Assembly (NCBI RefSeq): GCF_006345805.1
Contig: NC_042997.1
Span: forward strand, 87,296,001-87,360,000
Origin: Octopus sinensis
Lineage: Eukaryota
Direction: 5' to 3'
DNA: 64,000 nt
Each line of letters begins with the position of its first letter. Positions within the stretch are counted from its first letter, which is position 1. Positions 42,001-54,800 of the stretch are shown one piece after another. Both the position numbers and the translations under genes were made by a program. The notes under the pieces were generated by a model. It searched no databases. It saw only the letters and a program-made list of their open reading frames with translations, and was not told the DNA's origin.

Positions 42001-45000
42001 AGATATCTAATCAGAGAAATCATAATATTGAAGATATATACAATTTATTGTGCTGTTGTAAAAACAATAATCTTATAAACCTGGAACCTATATATATATC
42101 ATCATCATCATTTAATGTTCATTGTCCATGCTGGCATGGGTTGGAGTGTTTGGCTAGAGTTGGCAAGCTGGGGAGCTGCACCAGACTCCAGTCTGATTTG
42201 GCATGGTTTCTATGATTGGATGCCCTACCTAATGCCAACCACTTTACAGAGTGTGCTGGGTGCTTTTATGTAGTACGACACTGACACTTTTATATGGCAC
42301 TGCATGGGCGCTTTTACATGATGCCATACAGGTGCTTTTATGTGGTACCACATGGTCACTTTTATGTGGTACCACACAGGCTCAACTTACAACTTTACAT
42401 GTTGCTGCCATGAGTGCTTTACACCACCAGCAGGATCAGTCTTAATGCATCTGTTGCAGGGTACAGGTCTTCTTGAGTATGGCCAGGCACCAGATATCTC
42501 AGTCCTTTACCAACCAACAACCTCACAAACTAAATGCATTGCAATCAAGTCAGTTACTAAGTCACAGCTAATGCAACAAAAATTTTCACACCAAATAATA
42601 AATGCTTCGGTGAAGTTAACAGTCTTTGTTTCCATTTTTGTTGAATGACAAATATATGTCATCTGTGAGTCAGTGAGCTGGCAGAATTGTTAGCATGTTG
42701 GGCAAACTGCTTAGTGGCATTTATGTCTACCTTTACATTCTGAGTTCAAATTCATCCTTTCAAGGTCAATAAAATAAGTTGAGCACTGAGGTTGACTTAA
42801 TTGACTTGGGCCCTCCCACAAAACTGCTGGTCTTGTGCCAAAATTTGAAACCAATACGTGTCTCCTATTCTGCAATCATTTTAGTTTGAATACAGAATCT
42901 CATATCAAAATACCTGCAAATGCATCTCTGAAATGTGAATAATTTTATATCTATCATATTGATTTTTGACATAAGCATGAACCACAAATTAGTGGGAATA
43001 AAAATGTTGAGTCAATTACATGAATCCCAGTACTTTATTTATTTATTGACCCTGAAAGACATGATTTGAACTCAGAACATAAAGGAAGAGAAGTATTGTT
43101 AAACATGTTATCCATTGATCAAGTATTGATCCAATACACATTGCATGGTATTGTTAAATCATACATCTAAATAAAATATCTATGAATATGTAATAAAGAG
43201 GTATTTTGTTGTAATATTTCTCAATTGTCAAAGTAAGGTTGGTTTAGTTTAATGGACAAGGTTCTTTTGAAATTACTTGTCTTATTTTATATCAGCCAAC
43301 CTTCCTGTCCATCTGTCCATCCATTCAACTTCTCAAGTCACTATTCCTGGGAGGGTTGTTGAAGTAGAGTCCTCTGGCACTTCCTCCATAGGATCCTATC
43401 AGAAGCAACCGTCATTAGACTTTCTGGCCAGATTTCCAAACATAACTAACTGAAACTATGGATATTATCCAACTATCTCATTCTACCCCTAGGTCTCATG
43501 AAGAATCTTTCTCATGATTCTTTCCAGCAACATTCTCATTACATGTTTGTAGGACTGTAGCTGTGACCTCTCAATGTGAAGAAGTTGTGGTTTGGCCTGG
43601 AAAGACTCTCTGGTCTCCGAGCTACATACCCTGTAAAATAACATTACTCTAGAAATCCTTCAGAGAAACCCCAGTTTGGCTGCTTATATTTGCAATTCTA
43701 TTATTTTGTAAATTACCCAACATTCATGACCATAGGTGAGAATAAGCATGAAAACTGAATTGAAGATAGTGAGTCTAGGATTTTTTTTGTCAAACTCCCC
43801 TATTCTGAGGATCAAATGCTGGAATTGGCACATCATCCATTCACTTATTGAATGAAGTGAAATCAATTTTCATAAAGTTTTGCAGAAGCAAGTGGAGTTA
43901 AACAACTTATTTATGAGCAGAATTAGGTAAGTTGAAATATGTTTATCACATATTTCAACTGCTAAAAGGCAAATACACAGCAGTTACCATGGTAAAAAGG
44001 TGTGAAAACATCCAGTTCATTCAGTGTCACCATCTATAATTATTTATGAGCACAACATAAAACCAAATGCAGTTTGTTTTGAATTTATGATCCAGAAACT
44101 TAGCTCACGACGTCTCTTAAATACATCACAAAATATTTAACTATCTTAGTACTTGCTAACATTAGACAGTTAGAGAAAAATTGAACAAGTTTCTAATATT
44201 GCTATTATGATTATGAATAATATAGGTAACTATTCTGAAGTTACAAGACTAGCTACACAATACTGATTATCAATAGGACAGAGATTCTTGGTACTACAAA
44301 TAGACTACATGATCTTATATGTCCTTTCTTTTTATAAGATGGTTGGGTGTGATTTGAGGGAGCTTTTATTGCTATTTTTAATAGGTTGATCAAATACATA
44401 AAGGTGCCCTATTTGGCTTGTGAAGAAATTAGTTGACACTTTGATAATTTTGCCTTTAAAGCATGATTTCATTATAGTTAAAGAAACTACTTATTTAAAC
44501 CAAAATTCTACATTAATATAAATGGATCAATGCGATACAAACAAAAGAAAATAAAGAAGTTACCAACCTGTATCAACTATTTCATATTCTCGTTCAGCAA
44601 AACAACGTTTTCTATTTTGTTTGATTAATTTTTTATATGGGAAATTTGTCTGTGGGTACTGATACAGAGCCTTCATATAGTTGTGGTTAGGGACATTACA
44701 TAGATAGTAATATAGTTCTTTAACATCCTCGCCATGGTTACCCTGAAAAAAATGAAGGGTTAATGTTTGCTTCCTTTTTATTTTTAGACTTCTGCAATTT
44801 TCAAAATTTGATGTAAAACTTTTGCTGTAAACAGGAATAAATAAGGTGATGATTTGTTTACAATAGGGAAAGCATGCTTTATTTAGTAAAAATTTTGATA
44901 TCGTAACAACTTCCTGAGGACCAAGATATGTCTTTTCCACACATTGGTTCTGCCTGTCCACCTTTACAGAACTGAGACCTGGACCTCCCTCAAACAAGAC

Positions 45001-48000
45001 CTGAACAAGCTCAAGGTGTTCCAAATGTGATTTCTTCATCAGATCCTTGATGCCTCTATGCAACCAAATCTCAAACAACATCCAAGAATAATGCCAGCTG
45101 CAGCAACCGACCATTGAAGACCAAGTCCAGCAGCATAGGCTATAGTGGTTTGGCCATATCAGCAGGATGTGCACTGGAAGACTACCACACCAACTTTTGT
45201 GATGGCAGTGACCCACACACTGGAGAATCCAGTGCAGTGCACCAAAGAAAACATGGGTGAAATAAATAGAGGAAGACCTGAAGTGTGCAATGCCTTGACC
45301 TTGAGCATGGTAAGGTCAGTGCTACGGATTGAAAAGCATGGAATAACATCATCACCAGAGCCTGCCATCTAACAGGATATTGGTTGAGAGAATGGCTTCC
45401 CACTCTAGCCGTCAGTTAGGGAAAGAAGAAGAAGAAGAAGAAGAATAAGACATTTTCTATACTATCATGTGACACATTATTTATAGTTATTGTGGTTTAG
45501 CTCCATATCAGCCATGGCTGAGCTCTGACTATCTGATTTATTTATGTAAGATTACATTATTTAATATGTTCTTCAGGCAGCAGGTATGATTTGTAAAGAT
45601 TTGGTTGCAATTTCTAGTATGTCAACCTACCTCATAATGGCTCACTCATTGGCTCGTATAATTTTTAGTTATCATTGATATGGTCTACACTGCATATAAA
45701 ATTTCAGAACAAGAGAGACATTTTTTGTCACTAACATTAATGGAGTACAAGTCAGGCTAGGGATCATCTCATCACAGCCCAATGAGAGCTGCTACTGGTA
45801 CCATGTAAACGGGAACTACCTGTTCTGTTATTGGTCAGTGACTAAACAGGTTCTCCCCACTGCCCCATGAGTAGCTTGCTATTCTTGTAAAGATGGTGTT
45901 TGGACACTCAGTAGGATTAAAAACAAGACCTGTCAATGGGTAGATGAGCTACTTGTGGGTCAACAGACATCCAATTGGGGGAGAGCAATGACAAACTACT
46001 TCAATATCGCTGTCAAGAAATCATTATGAGAAAGACAGAATGAAGTAATGCTATAGTTTCATTCAATGGGAGAACTTGCATTTAATCAGGAAGACTTTTA
46101 CTGTAGCATTATCATCTAGGCTAGTGCTGCACAACCTTTTTTCACTTGTGGTACATTTATATTCTTTTCAAAATTCGGTAGCATACCTGAACTAGATATA
46201 TAACTAAAAGTATTACACTGTGGCACACCCCCAGCATCGTCTCGTGGCACACCAGTGTGTCACTGCATACCAATTGTGCAGCTTTGATGTAGACCAGTGG
46301 TTCTCAAACATTTTTTGCTTGTGGACCTCTCTGGTTCCTATTTTATTTGGGTGGACCTCATAGCCATTCAATGTTTAAAGAAATTCTCTTATATTTTTAT
46401 AATGAAATATTATTAGCAATTGTATAAAAAATGTTAAAATATTTTGTGTATTGGAGAAATATAACCAACTTCTTCTTCTTCTTCACCACCACTACTTAAT
46501 GGCCATTTTCTATGCTAGCATGAGTTGGACAGTTTGACAGAAGCTGTCAGGCTCCATGTCTGTTTTGGCATGGTTTCTATGACTGATGCCCTTCTTAATG
46601 CCAACCACTTTACAGAGTGTACTAGGTGCTTTTACACAGTACTGGTGCAGGTGCACTTATGAGCACTTACGAGCCCATAAGATTAGGGATGCTCAGCTGA
46701 AGGGGTTGCAAGGAACGAGCCTGCATGCAAGAGTAAACACATTTCTACTTAGCTTGATGTGTCTTTTCAAGCACAGCAAACTGCTAGGAATGTCAGTCTC
46801 CTGTCATCCCCTCTGTGAGTCTCAAAATTTGTAGACCCTTTCTCACAACATTGCATATAAATTTTAACAACAAAATCTTGTATGGACCCTGGTTGAGAAC
46901 CACTGATTTACATGCTGTAAAATTGTATGATACATGATGGCAATGATTAATGGAATAAATATACTAGAATTTAGCTTTGACAAGGAAGTTGAATATTATG
47001 TACACATAGAAAAAAATGAAACAATGAAATAAAAATATTAAGTGTAAAGCATATTATCATTGGAGTCAGTATCATAATGATAATTAATTGAAAAGACAAT
47101 ATAAACAAACGATTAACAAGAAACTATTTTGTATTAATTTTAAGATGAAAATTTATTATCTTCTTTTTTTCATGTCAAGAAACATTGTATTTAAATTTCA
47201 AATTATTTTTTTTCCATTTTTGAAATGGATATTTGTAGGCATTTTATTAAAATTGCAACCTAAATAGTGAGCAAACTCTGCAGCTCAATTTTGATTTCTT
47301 TATTGTTATGTAAGAAACCCTTATTGTCCTTGTTTTAACATCTGTTTCTCATTCTAAGGTATGGGTTTGCAACGTCTGTTACACAATACATTACCATTCT
47401 TTTCAATGTTATATCATCTCAATTGTGAAGCATAGAGGCACCATCTTTCATGCAAGTCAATGCAACATATCCAAAAGATTGTTCTCAACTCATTTCACTC
47501 TAGCTTCTGTTCTACAGGGGTGAGTGAGAAATGAGTCTATGTCCTATGTCCCATTACCATGTAGCCACACATACTTTACACCATATACTTCCTGAACTTA
47601 GTGTGGACAACATGCAAAGATCTGCATCAACTGCACAACTATTCTAGAAACAGCTTTAAAGGCCTAGCTGCACATCATTTTCTGTCAATTCCAAGGTTTT
47701 CACCTCTGACACCACTGATCTGCACATCAAACTATGTCTCAGCAACACTATGGACTTCATATCCTGAAAAGTACCTATCTGCAGCTGAACTGTTATGAAC
47801 TACTGTGCTTATTTTCAGGAAAAAGAAACTATTCACTACATTTTGTGATCCATCTGAAAGATTCCAGTTCACAGACTTCATTTCATTGCAGCTCCTGCTG
47901 TTACTACTTCTAAAACAACATGAGGGAGTTTCTAAATGGTTTTTAGACCTACTAGAAGAAGTAATCAAATCTTACTCAACTGTCTGTTGTGGTATGGTTT

Positions 48001-51000
48001 CTATAGCTTGATGCCCTTCCTAATGCCAAATGATGTATATATACATATATATATACACAACTGTCTGTCCATCCATCCGCCCATACATACATACATACAT
48101 ACATACATACATACACACATACATACATACATACATACATACATACATACATACATACATACATACATACATACATACATACACACACACACATACACAG
48201 TAATGCCCCAACATATGAGTTAATTTGTTTGCTGAGGCCACTCAAAATGAAAATTCGTAAAGCAAAGCAATAATTTCCAATAGTAGCAATGTTATAAATC
48301 ATAATTTGTTCCCAGAAAAATATTTATAATACTCGTAAATAAATGGCAATAAAATAACAGTAGAATGTAAAGAATATTTTATGTAAAGCAGAAAGAGTAT
48401 CAAGGTCATTTATAATAAAAAATATTACTATTATAATCGTTTTCTGAATCCTTTTCAGTTTCACTAGACTCTCACACACCATCACTTGTAGATGTGATTG
48501 CTGATTCACAAGCACTCATAGACGGACTTGTAGATTTCCTTTTTAAAAAAGCAAGCCGAAAGTTGTTTGCTTAGAAGAAGCTTTTTCTTTGCTCTCTATA
48601 AATTTCTTGGTAACATCCACTTTTCCATGACTAGATGCCCTTCCTGTTGCCAACTCTTACCTGTTTCCAAGCAAGGTAATATTTCTCTGTGGCCAGACAT
48701 GTTTTCACAGAATATCATAAATGAATAACATCCTTGTATAACAATCATGTGACATCAAGATGAACAAGATACACACACACACATATATATATAAATATAA
48801 ATATTAATATTTCTAAGTCTCTCTAAAGGAGACTACAGCAGCGGTACTGGATATTAATAGTTATTGCCAAGCTAACATGGCAGTCCAGAAAAATAGGACA
48901 AATGCTGCCATTGATTAGCTCCAAGAGGCCATCACCTCTAGCTAGCTATGTGACACACGAACCTGTGTCCATTATAACCTTTGATCAGGGGAGGTCAGCT
49001 GCTTCCCCTTGCTGGTCTGGCATCTACAGACTAGTTTCAGGCTATTTGACCCTTATCAATGTAGAGTAGCCAAACTCAGCAGGTGTCACTACTGACTGTC
49101 GAAGGTTTATTTACCTAAAATTCAGTGGAATACATCCACTGGTTTTCAAATATATATATATATATATTTACATGTATATATAGATGTACAATAGGCTTCT
49201 TTCAGTTTCCATCAAGCAAATCCACTCATAAAGTTTTGATTGACCCAGGGCAATAATAGAAGACACTTGCCCAAGGTGCCATGTACTGGGATTGAACCTG
49301 AAACCATGTGGTTAGGAAGCAAACTTCTTAACCAAACAACAAACATGCTTTCACACAGTTAACCAAAAAGAGTATAGTAGAAAACACTTGGCTAAAGGTG
49401 TGTGTATTGAGTTTGAACTTGGAACCTGTTATGATCACAAAGCAAAGTTTTTAACCATATGGCCAGGCTCGAGTCCAAATATATCTCTTTTGCAAATTCA
49501 GATACTTAATCGTGAATAGTTGAGTGGGAATATTAACAATGGGATGAATGCTATTCTTACCATTAAATATTCAGCAATACATTTTCAGCAAGATAAAAAG
49601 GAAAAGGTACAATGAACACAATAAATTCAATGAGAAAAATTTGGTACAATTATGTCATCTTGACAAATAACAGGTATTTTTCTTAGTTCATGCATGAGTG
49701 ACTGAGAATAGGGAGTGCATTCAGGTGTAAAAAAAAAATCTCACAATCATGTCAAAAAGTTAATGACATTCAGTGTGTAAAAAGTATATAAACAAACATG
49801 CCATTAAAAATGTTTATAAGGGAAAATATTGAAATACGAGGAGTGTATGAAAAGTTTTGAGCCTAACCTAGAAACAGGGCTGCAAGGTAGCTAAAACAAT
49901 TTTTTCTGGTAAGTACAGTCTTTTTGAAGTATTCTTGCTCATTTTCATGATTCTGATATTTTATTTTTTTTGTTACAGATTTTTGAATAAACAAATGACG
50001 AGGTTACAAGGAAAATGGAGAAAACTGAGTATCGTTCTGTCATAAATACCTTCATTTGAAAGGTATGATTCCATCAGAAATCCATGAAGATATGGTGAGA
50101 ACCTTAACAGACAATGCTCTTTCATATGTATGCTGGGTAATGAATTCCAGTGTGGCAGGGAGAGTGTGGAAGATGATCCCACACCAGGGAGGCCTCCAAT
50201 TGCAACCACCGAGGACAACATTGACTTTGCTTTTGGTATGATAATGCAAGATCATCGAATATCATGTCGCCAGATAGCTGAGAGACTGGGTATCTCAAAT
50301 GAAAGAGCAGACAACATTGTGACAAAAGAACTTGGGTTCTCAAAGGTTTCTGCAAGGTGGGTCCCTCGCCTTTTGACTCCTGAACAAAAACGCACCAGGT
50401 GCACTTTGTCCACGAGCAAACTGGAACCGTTTGAAGCCGATGAAGAGAATTTTCTTGCTTGTTTTATTACTATGGACGAAAGTTGGGTTCATCACTACCA
50501 GCCTGAAACCAAAGAACAATTAAAGCAGTGGAAGCACACATTTTCTCCTACCCCAAAGAAGGCCAGCTCATTCCTTCAGCTGGCAAGGTCATGGTGTCAT
50601 TTTTTTTTTTGATTCTCAAGGTGTCTCGCTGATCGATTACCTTGAAAAAAGTCACACCATGACAGGGCTGTATTATTCTCAGCTACTGTAATGCCTCCAG
50701 GAAGCAATCAAAGAAAAAAGGCCAGGAATGCTCTCCAGAGGAGTCCTTTTTCATCATGACAATGCTCCAGCCCACACCTCAGTGGTTGCAATGGCAACAA
50801 TTCGTGATTGTGGATATGAACTTGTTCCCCATCTGCCTTATTTGCCAGACTTAGCCCCCTCTGACTTTCATCTATTCCCAAAAATGAAAAAAGCCCTGGC
50901 TGGTTGCCATTTTGCCACTGACAATGACGTCATAGACACTGTAGGAAGTTTCTTAGAGTCTCAAACAAAGGAGTTCCTCTATGCCGGGATAATGGCACTT

Positions 51001-51799
51001 GCACCGCTGGAGAAAGTGTTCAGCCATCAAAAGGGACTATGTTGAAAAATAAATCATCAGAAGTCTTGTACTATGTTTTGTTTTTTTGAGGCTCAAGACT
51101 TTTGAGACACCCCTTGTATTGTACATTTTAGCACTGCATAAATATTTGTTTCAAATACAAACTTGTAAAACAACAAAGATAAAAAATACTTCAAATGAAT
51201 TACCTGAGGCCCAGTAAGCCCAAATAACCTCTCTTTAAGTATAGTATCTTTTCCATTCCACAATGCTACAGATGCACATAATTTGGCTTTATAATCGGAC
51301 CAGCCAAACAAGCCATCTTCTCCATGAAGGTAAACTGTGTTGAGAGAGTCATGATGTGTACAATATTTCCAACTGTTTAAATTATATAGAGGGAGACGAA
51401 AAAAATGAAATAGAAAAATAATTAAACATGTTAACATTTTTCATGTTTTAAATACTTTTCACAATCTCCTTTTCTTTAACGATAAATTGAACTTAAGTAT
51501 TTTCAAGAATTGCTACACACACACATGTGCATAAATATGCATATACACATGTGTATGTATGTCATTGTTCAGTTTTATTTCAAGATTTCTTGCCAGTAAA
51601 GAACCAGTTTCTAACCTAGATTCAAGGCTCCTTCATTGGAATTTCAACATCAACAAAAGGGGATTTTTGTTTGTGTGTATGTATGTATATATATATATGT
51701 ATATGTGTGCATGCGTGTGTATGTATGTATGTATGTATGTATGTATGTATGTATATGTGTATATCTATGTCTATGTATGTATATGTGTATATCTATGTC

Positions 51800-51833
<34 letters not shown>

Positions 51834-54800
51834 GGCGTAGGAGTGGCTGTGTGGTAAGTAGCTTGCTTACCAACCACATGGTTCCGGGTTCAGTCCCACT
51901 GCATGGCACCTTGGGCAAGTGTCTTCTACTATAGCCTTGGGCTGACCAAAGCCTTGTGAGTGGATTTGGTAGACGGAAACTGAAAGAAGCCCGTCGTATA
52001 TATGGATGTATGTGTGTGCATGTGTATATGTTTGTGTGTCTGTGTTTGTCCCCCCAACATTGCTTGACAACTGATGCTGGTGTGTTTACATCCCCATAAC
52101 TTAGTGGTTCGACAAAAGAGACCGATAGAATAAGTGCTAGGCTTACAAAGAATAAGTCCTGGGGTCGATTTGCTCGACTAAAGGCGGTGCTCCAGCATGG
52201 CCACAGTCAAATGACTGTAACAAGTAAAAGAAAAGAAAAGAGAAAGAATATCAAAATAAGCAACAGGATATCCAGAGGTAATGCAGTACGACTGTTTCAA
52301 GTGACTCCATTTAATTGAACAATGCAACCATTGCATCAATTTAAATGCTGTGCTATCCTCATCTGCATAAATAAATAAATAGAATTAATTTAATCAGTTG
52401 GACACATTTGTATAATTTTACTTAAATCCTCTAAGAGGGTAAGAAGAGAGACAAAGTTAGCATGTTCTATAACCTCAATATTCCTCTAGTAAATACCAGG
52501 TATCAGTCTGTATAGATACCACCTAATAAATAAATAATTTAGTTTAAATGTTTGAATTATTAAACAAATTCTATATAATCTTCTCTTTTCTATTGATGAT
52601 AATAAGGTATATATACTTCATCATGGTTTTTAGTGATTAAACTATTTCTTTCTTTCTATGGTGTTCTACCCTACTGATCATATTTATAATAGCCTTTATG
52701 TAAGTAAACCTAATTTTTGTATCCCTAGAAATTTATATCAGCTTATATATAACAGCACCAGTAACTTCACAACTTATAATATACCTCTTAGATTATATTT
52801 ATTATATAGTTAGCATGTTCTATCGCCCCAGTATTCCTTTATTAAATGCCAGTAAATGCCAGTGAGCAATCTTCATAGATACCACCTAATAAGTAAATAT
52901 TTAAGTATATGAAAATATATTAAACTAACTCTATGTAATTTTTTTCTCTCTCTATTGTTGTAAATTACTCAAAATTGTATCCTTTTGGTTATAATATTTT
53001 TCTTGATAACCCTAAATTTTATCTTTATATAATATAACAATATTGTTTAAATCATTCAACTATAGTACCCCATAATAAAAATTTCTCCTGTATCATTATC
53101 ATTGGTTTTATTAGAATCTTGCCCCTTTAACTGGTAATTAACATCTTGATTTAAGATATTCCTTTACCAAACCTCATTATAGCTAGTTACTTTATACTAC
53201 TTCAAAATAAACTTTGACAAGTTTTATGACTATACCCACTATGACCCTGTCAACTCACTCATGCCCTTTCTTAACAGACATTGCTCTATAGTCTTAGATT
53301 TTGATATATAAAGATTTGATAAACAAGACTAAATCAAAACGACCCCAAAATTAGTGACAAGCTAGAACCCTAACAAGTTTCTTTTTTTCCTGATGCCTTA
53401 GGAGCTTCTAAGCTAAAGTGAAAACAGCATGGACTTTGTCTGTCTTCTTGCCCTCTTAGAGGATTTAAGTAAAATTATACAAATGTGTCCGATTGACTAC
53501 ATTAATTCTATTTATTTATGCAGCTGAGGATAGCTCTGCATTTAAATTGATGTAATGATTGCATTGTTCAATTAAATGGAGCCACTTGAAATGGTCGCAC
53601 TGCATCACCTCTGGATATCCTGTTGCTTATTTTGATTTTATTCACCTTATTTTGAAATTGTATGGATAATACCGCACTAATTTTTGGTGCCTCAACTTAA
53701 GTACCAAATTCATCTGAATCTCAATTTTTTGCTTTATATATATATATTCATCATATTCAGATTGCACCTTTATACCTGGACATCTTTTTTTTTTGATTAG
53801 CTTGATGATAAAAGAGAATCTCTATGACAGTCATGGGCAAATTGCAGCCCAATAAGGGATACAGTGGATAATGTAGTCCTTGTTATATAAAAACATGGGA
53901 CAGTCATGGCTAGAACACCTTTGATCATAGATCTGCTCATTCAAGGTTAACTAGTGGCTATACAATTGGTTTCAAATTCAGCACAGTTTAATTTAAACAC
54001 TCTCTCACACTATTGAACACTGGTAAAACTTCTTTCTGCTTCTCTTTTAGTTAGATTTTCCCTTAGTCTTAGATTAAGTCTCTACCTCCATTTTATAAAC
54101 CTGTTTTATCACTTGTTGCATATGTACTATGCTATACTACCATTAGTTTTGTTCAAATGACAATCCTATTGCAGGCTTCAGCTCTTTTAACTTTGTTGCT
54201 TTTAAACCGAAATAAGCCTCAGTATACAGGACTGATTCAGTGCCATTACCCATTTTAACCTGTGAGGTATTTGGGTCAGAAATTTGAAGCTCACTGGACC
54301 AATAAGCGAGCAGTTGCTTGACTGGCTATTCAAAGCTTCAACCATGGACAGTAAAATGATTTATATCCCTGAACTGAGAGGACTTTACACTTATTTTCTT
54401 TAATTATATCAAGACCTTATTCTCTGTATAACTGTGTACCAACTGTAGTGATTGACCATGTGAGATTGTATTGCAATAATCTCATAATGATAAGGTTGTT
54501 CTCAATAGTCATATAAAAGTGGTCCTATTTGTCTGTTAATTTTACTTATGGAACATGGGATCAACAGTTGCTGCCCAGTGGTCTAGTAATGACCTAAGTA
54601 GCAGTGTCATTTTACAAATAAAGAAAATAAGATTCAAAAATTATTTTCTTGAAGTAAGATTTAATTATGAAAAATTAATCTGAAGATTCTCAACAGAATT
54701 AAGGTTAGCCCATTATTAATGAAGCATTAATGGAAAATTGATTTATGAAGCTTTTAAACAGACTTAAGATAGCTCATTATAAAACAACTGAACACATACT

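Noticed and set aside
44743-45216. N-terminal 157 aa of the 218-aa ORF 44560..45216
   Set aside because: Only 44568..44742 matches the family and is bounded by splice sites; the rest is intron and antisense LINE sequence.
47936-48302. HTYI/MYVC-repeat ORFs (similar at 51559..51934)
   Set aside because: Translations of (CATA)n/(TATG)n microsatellites.
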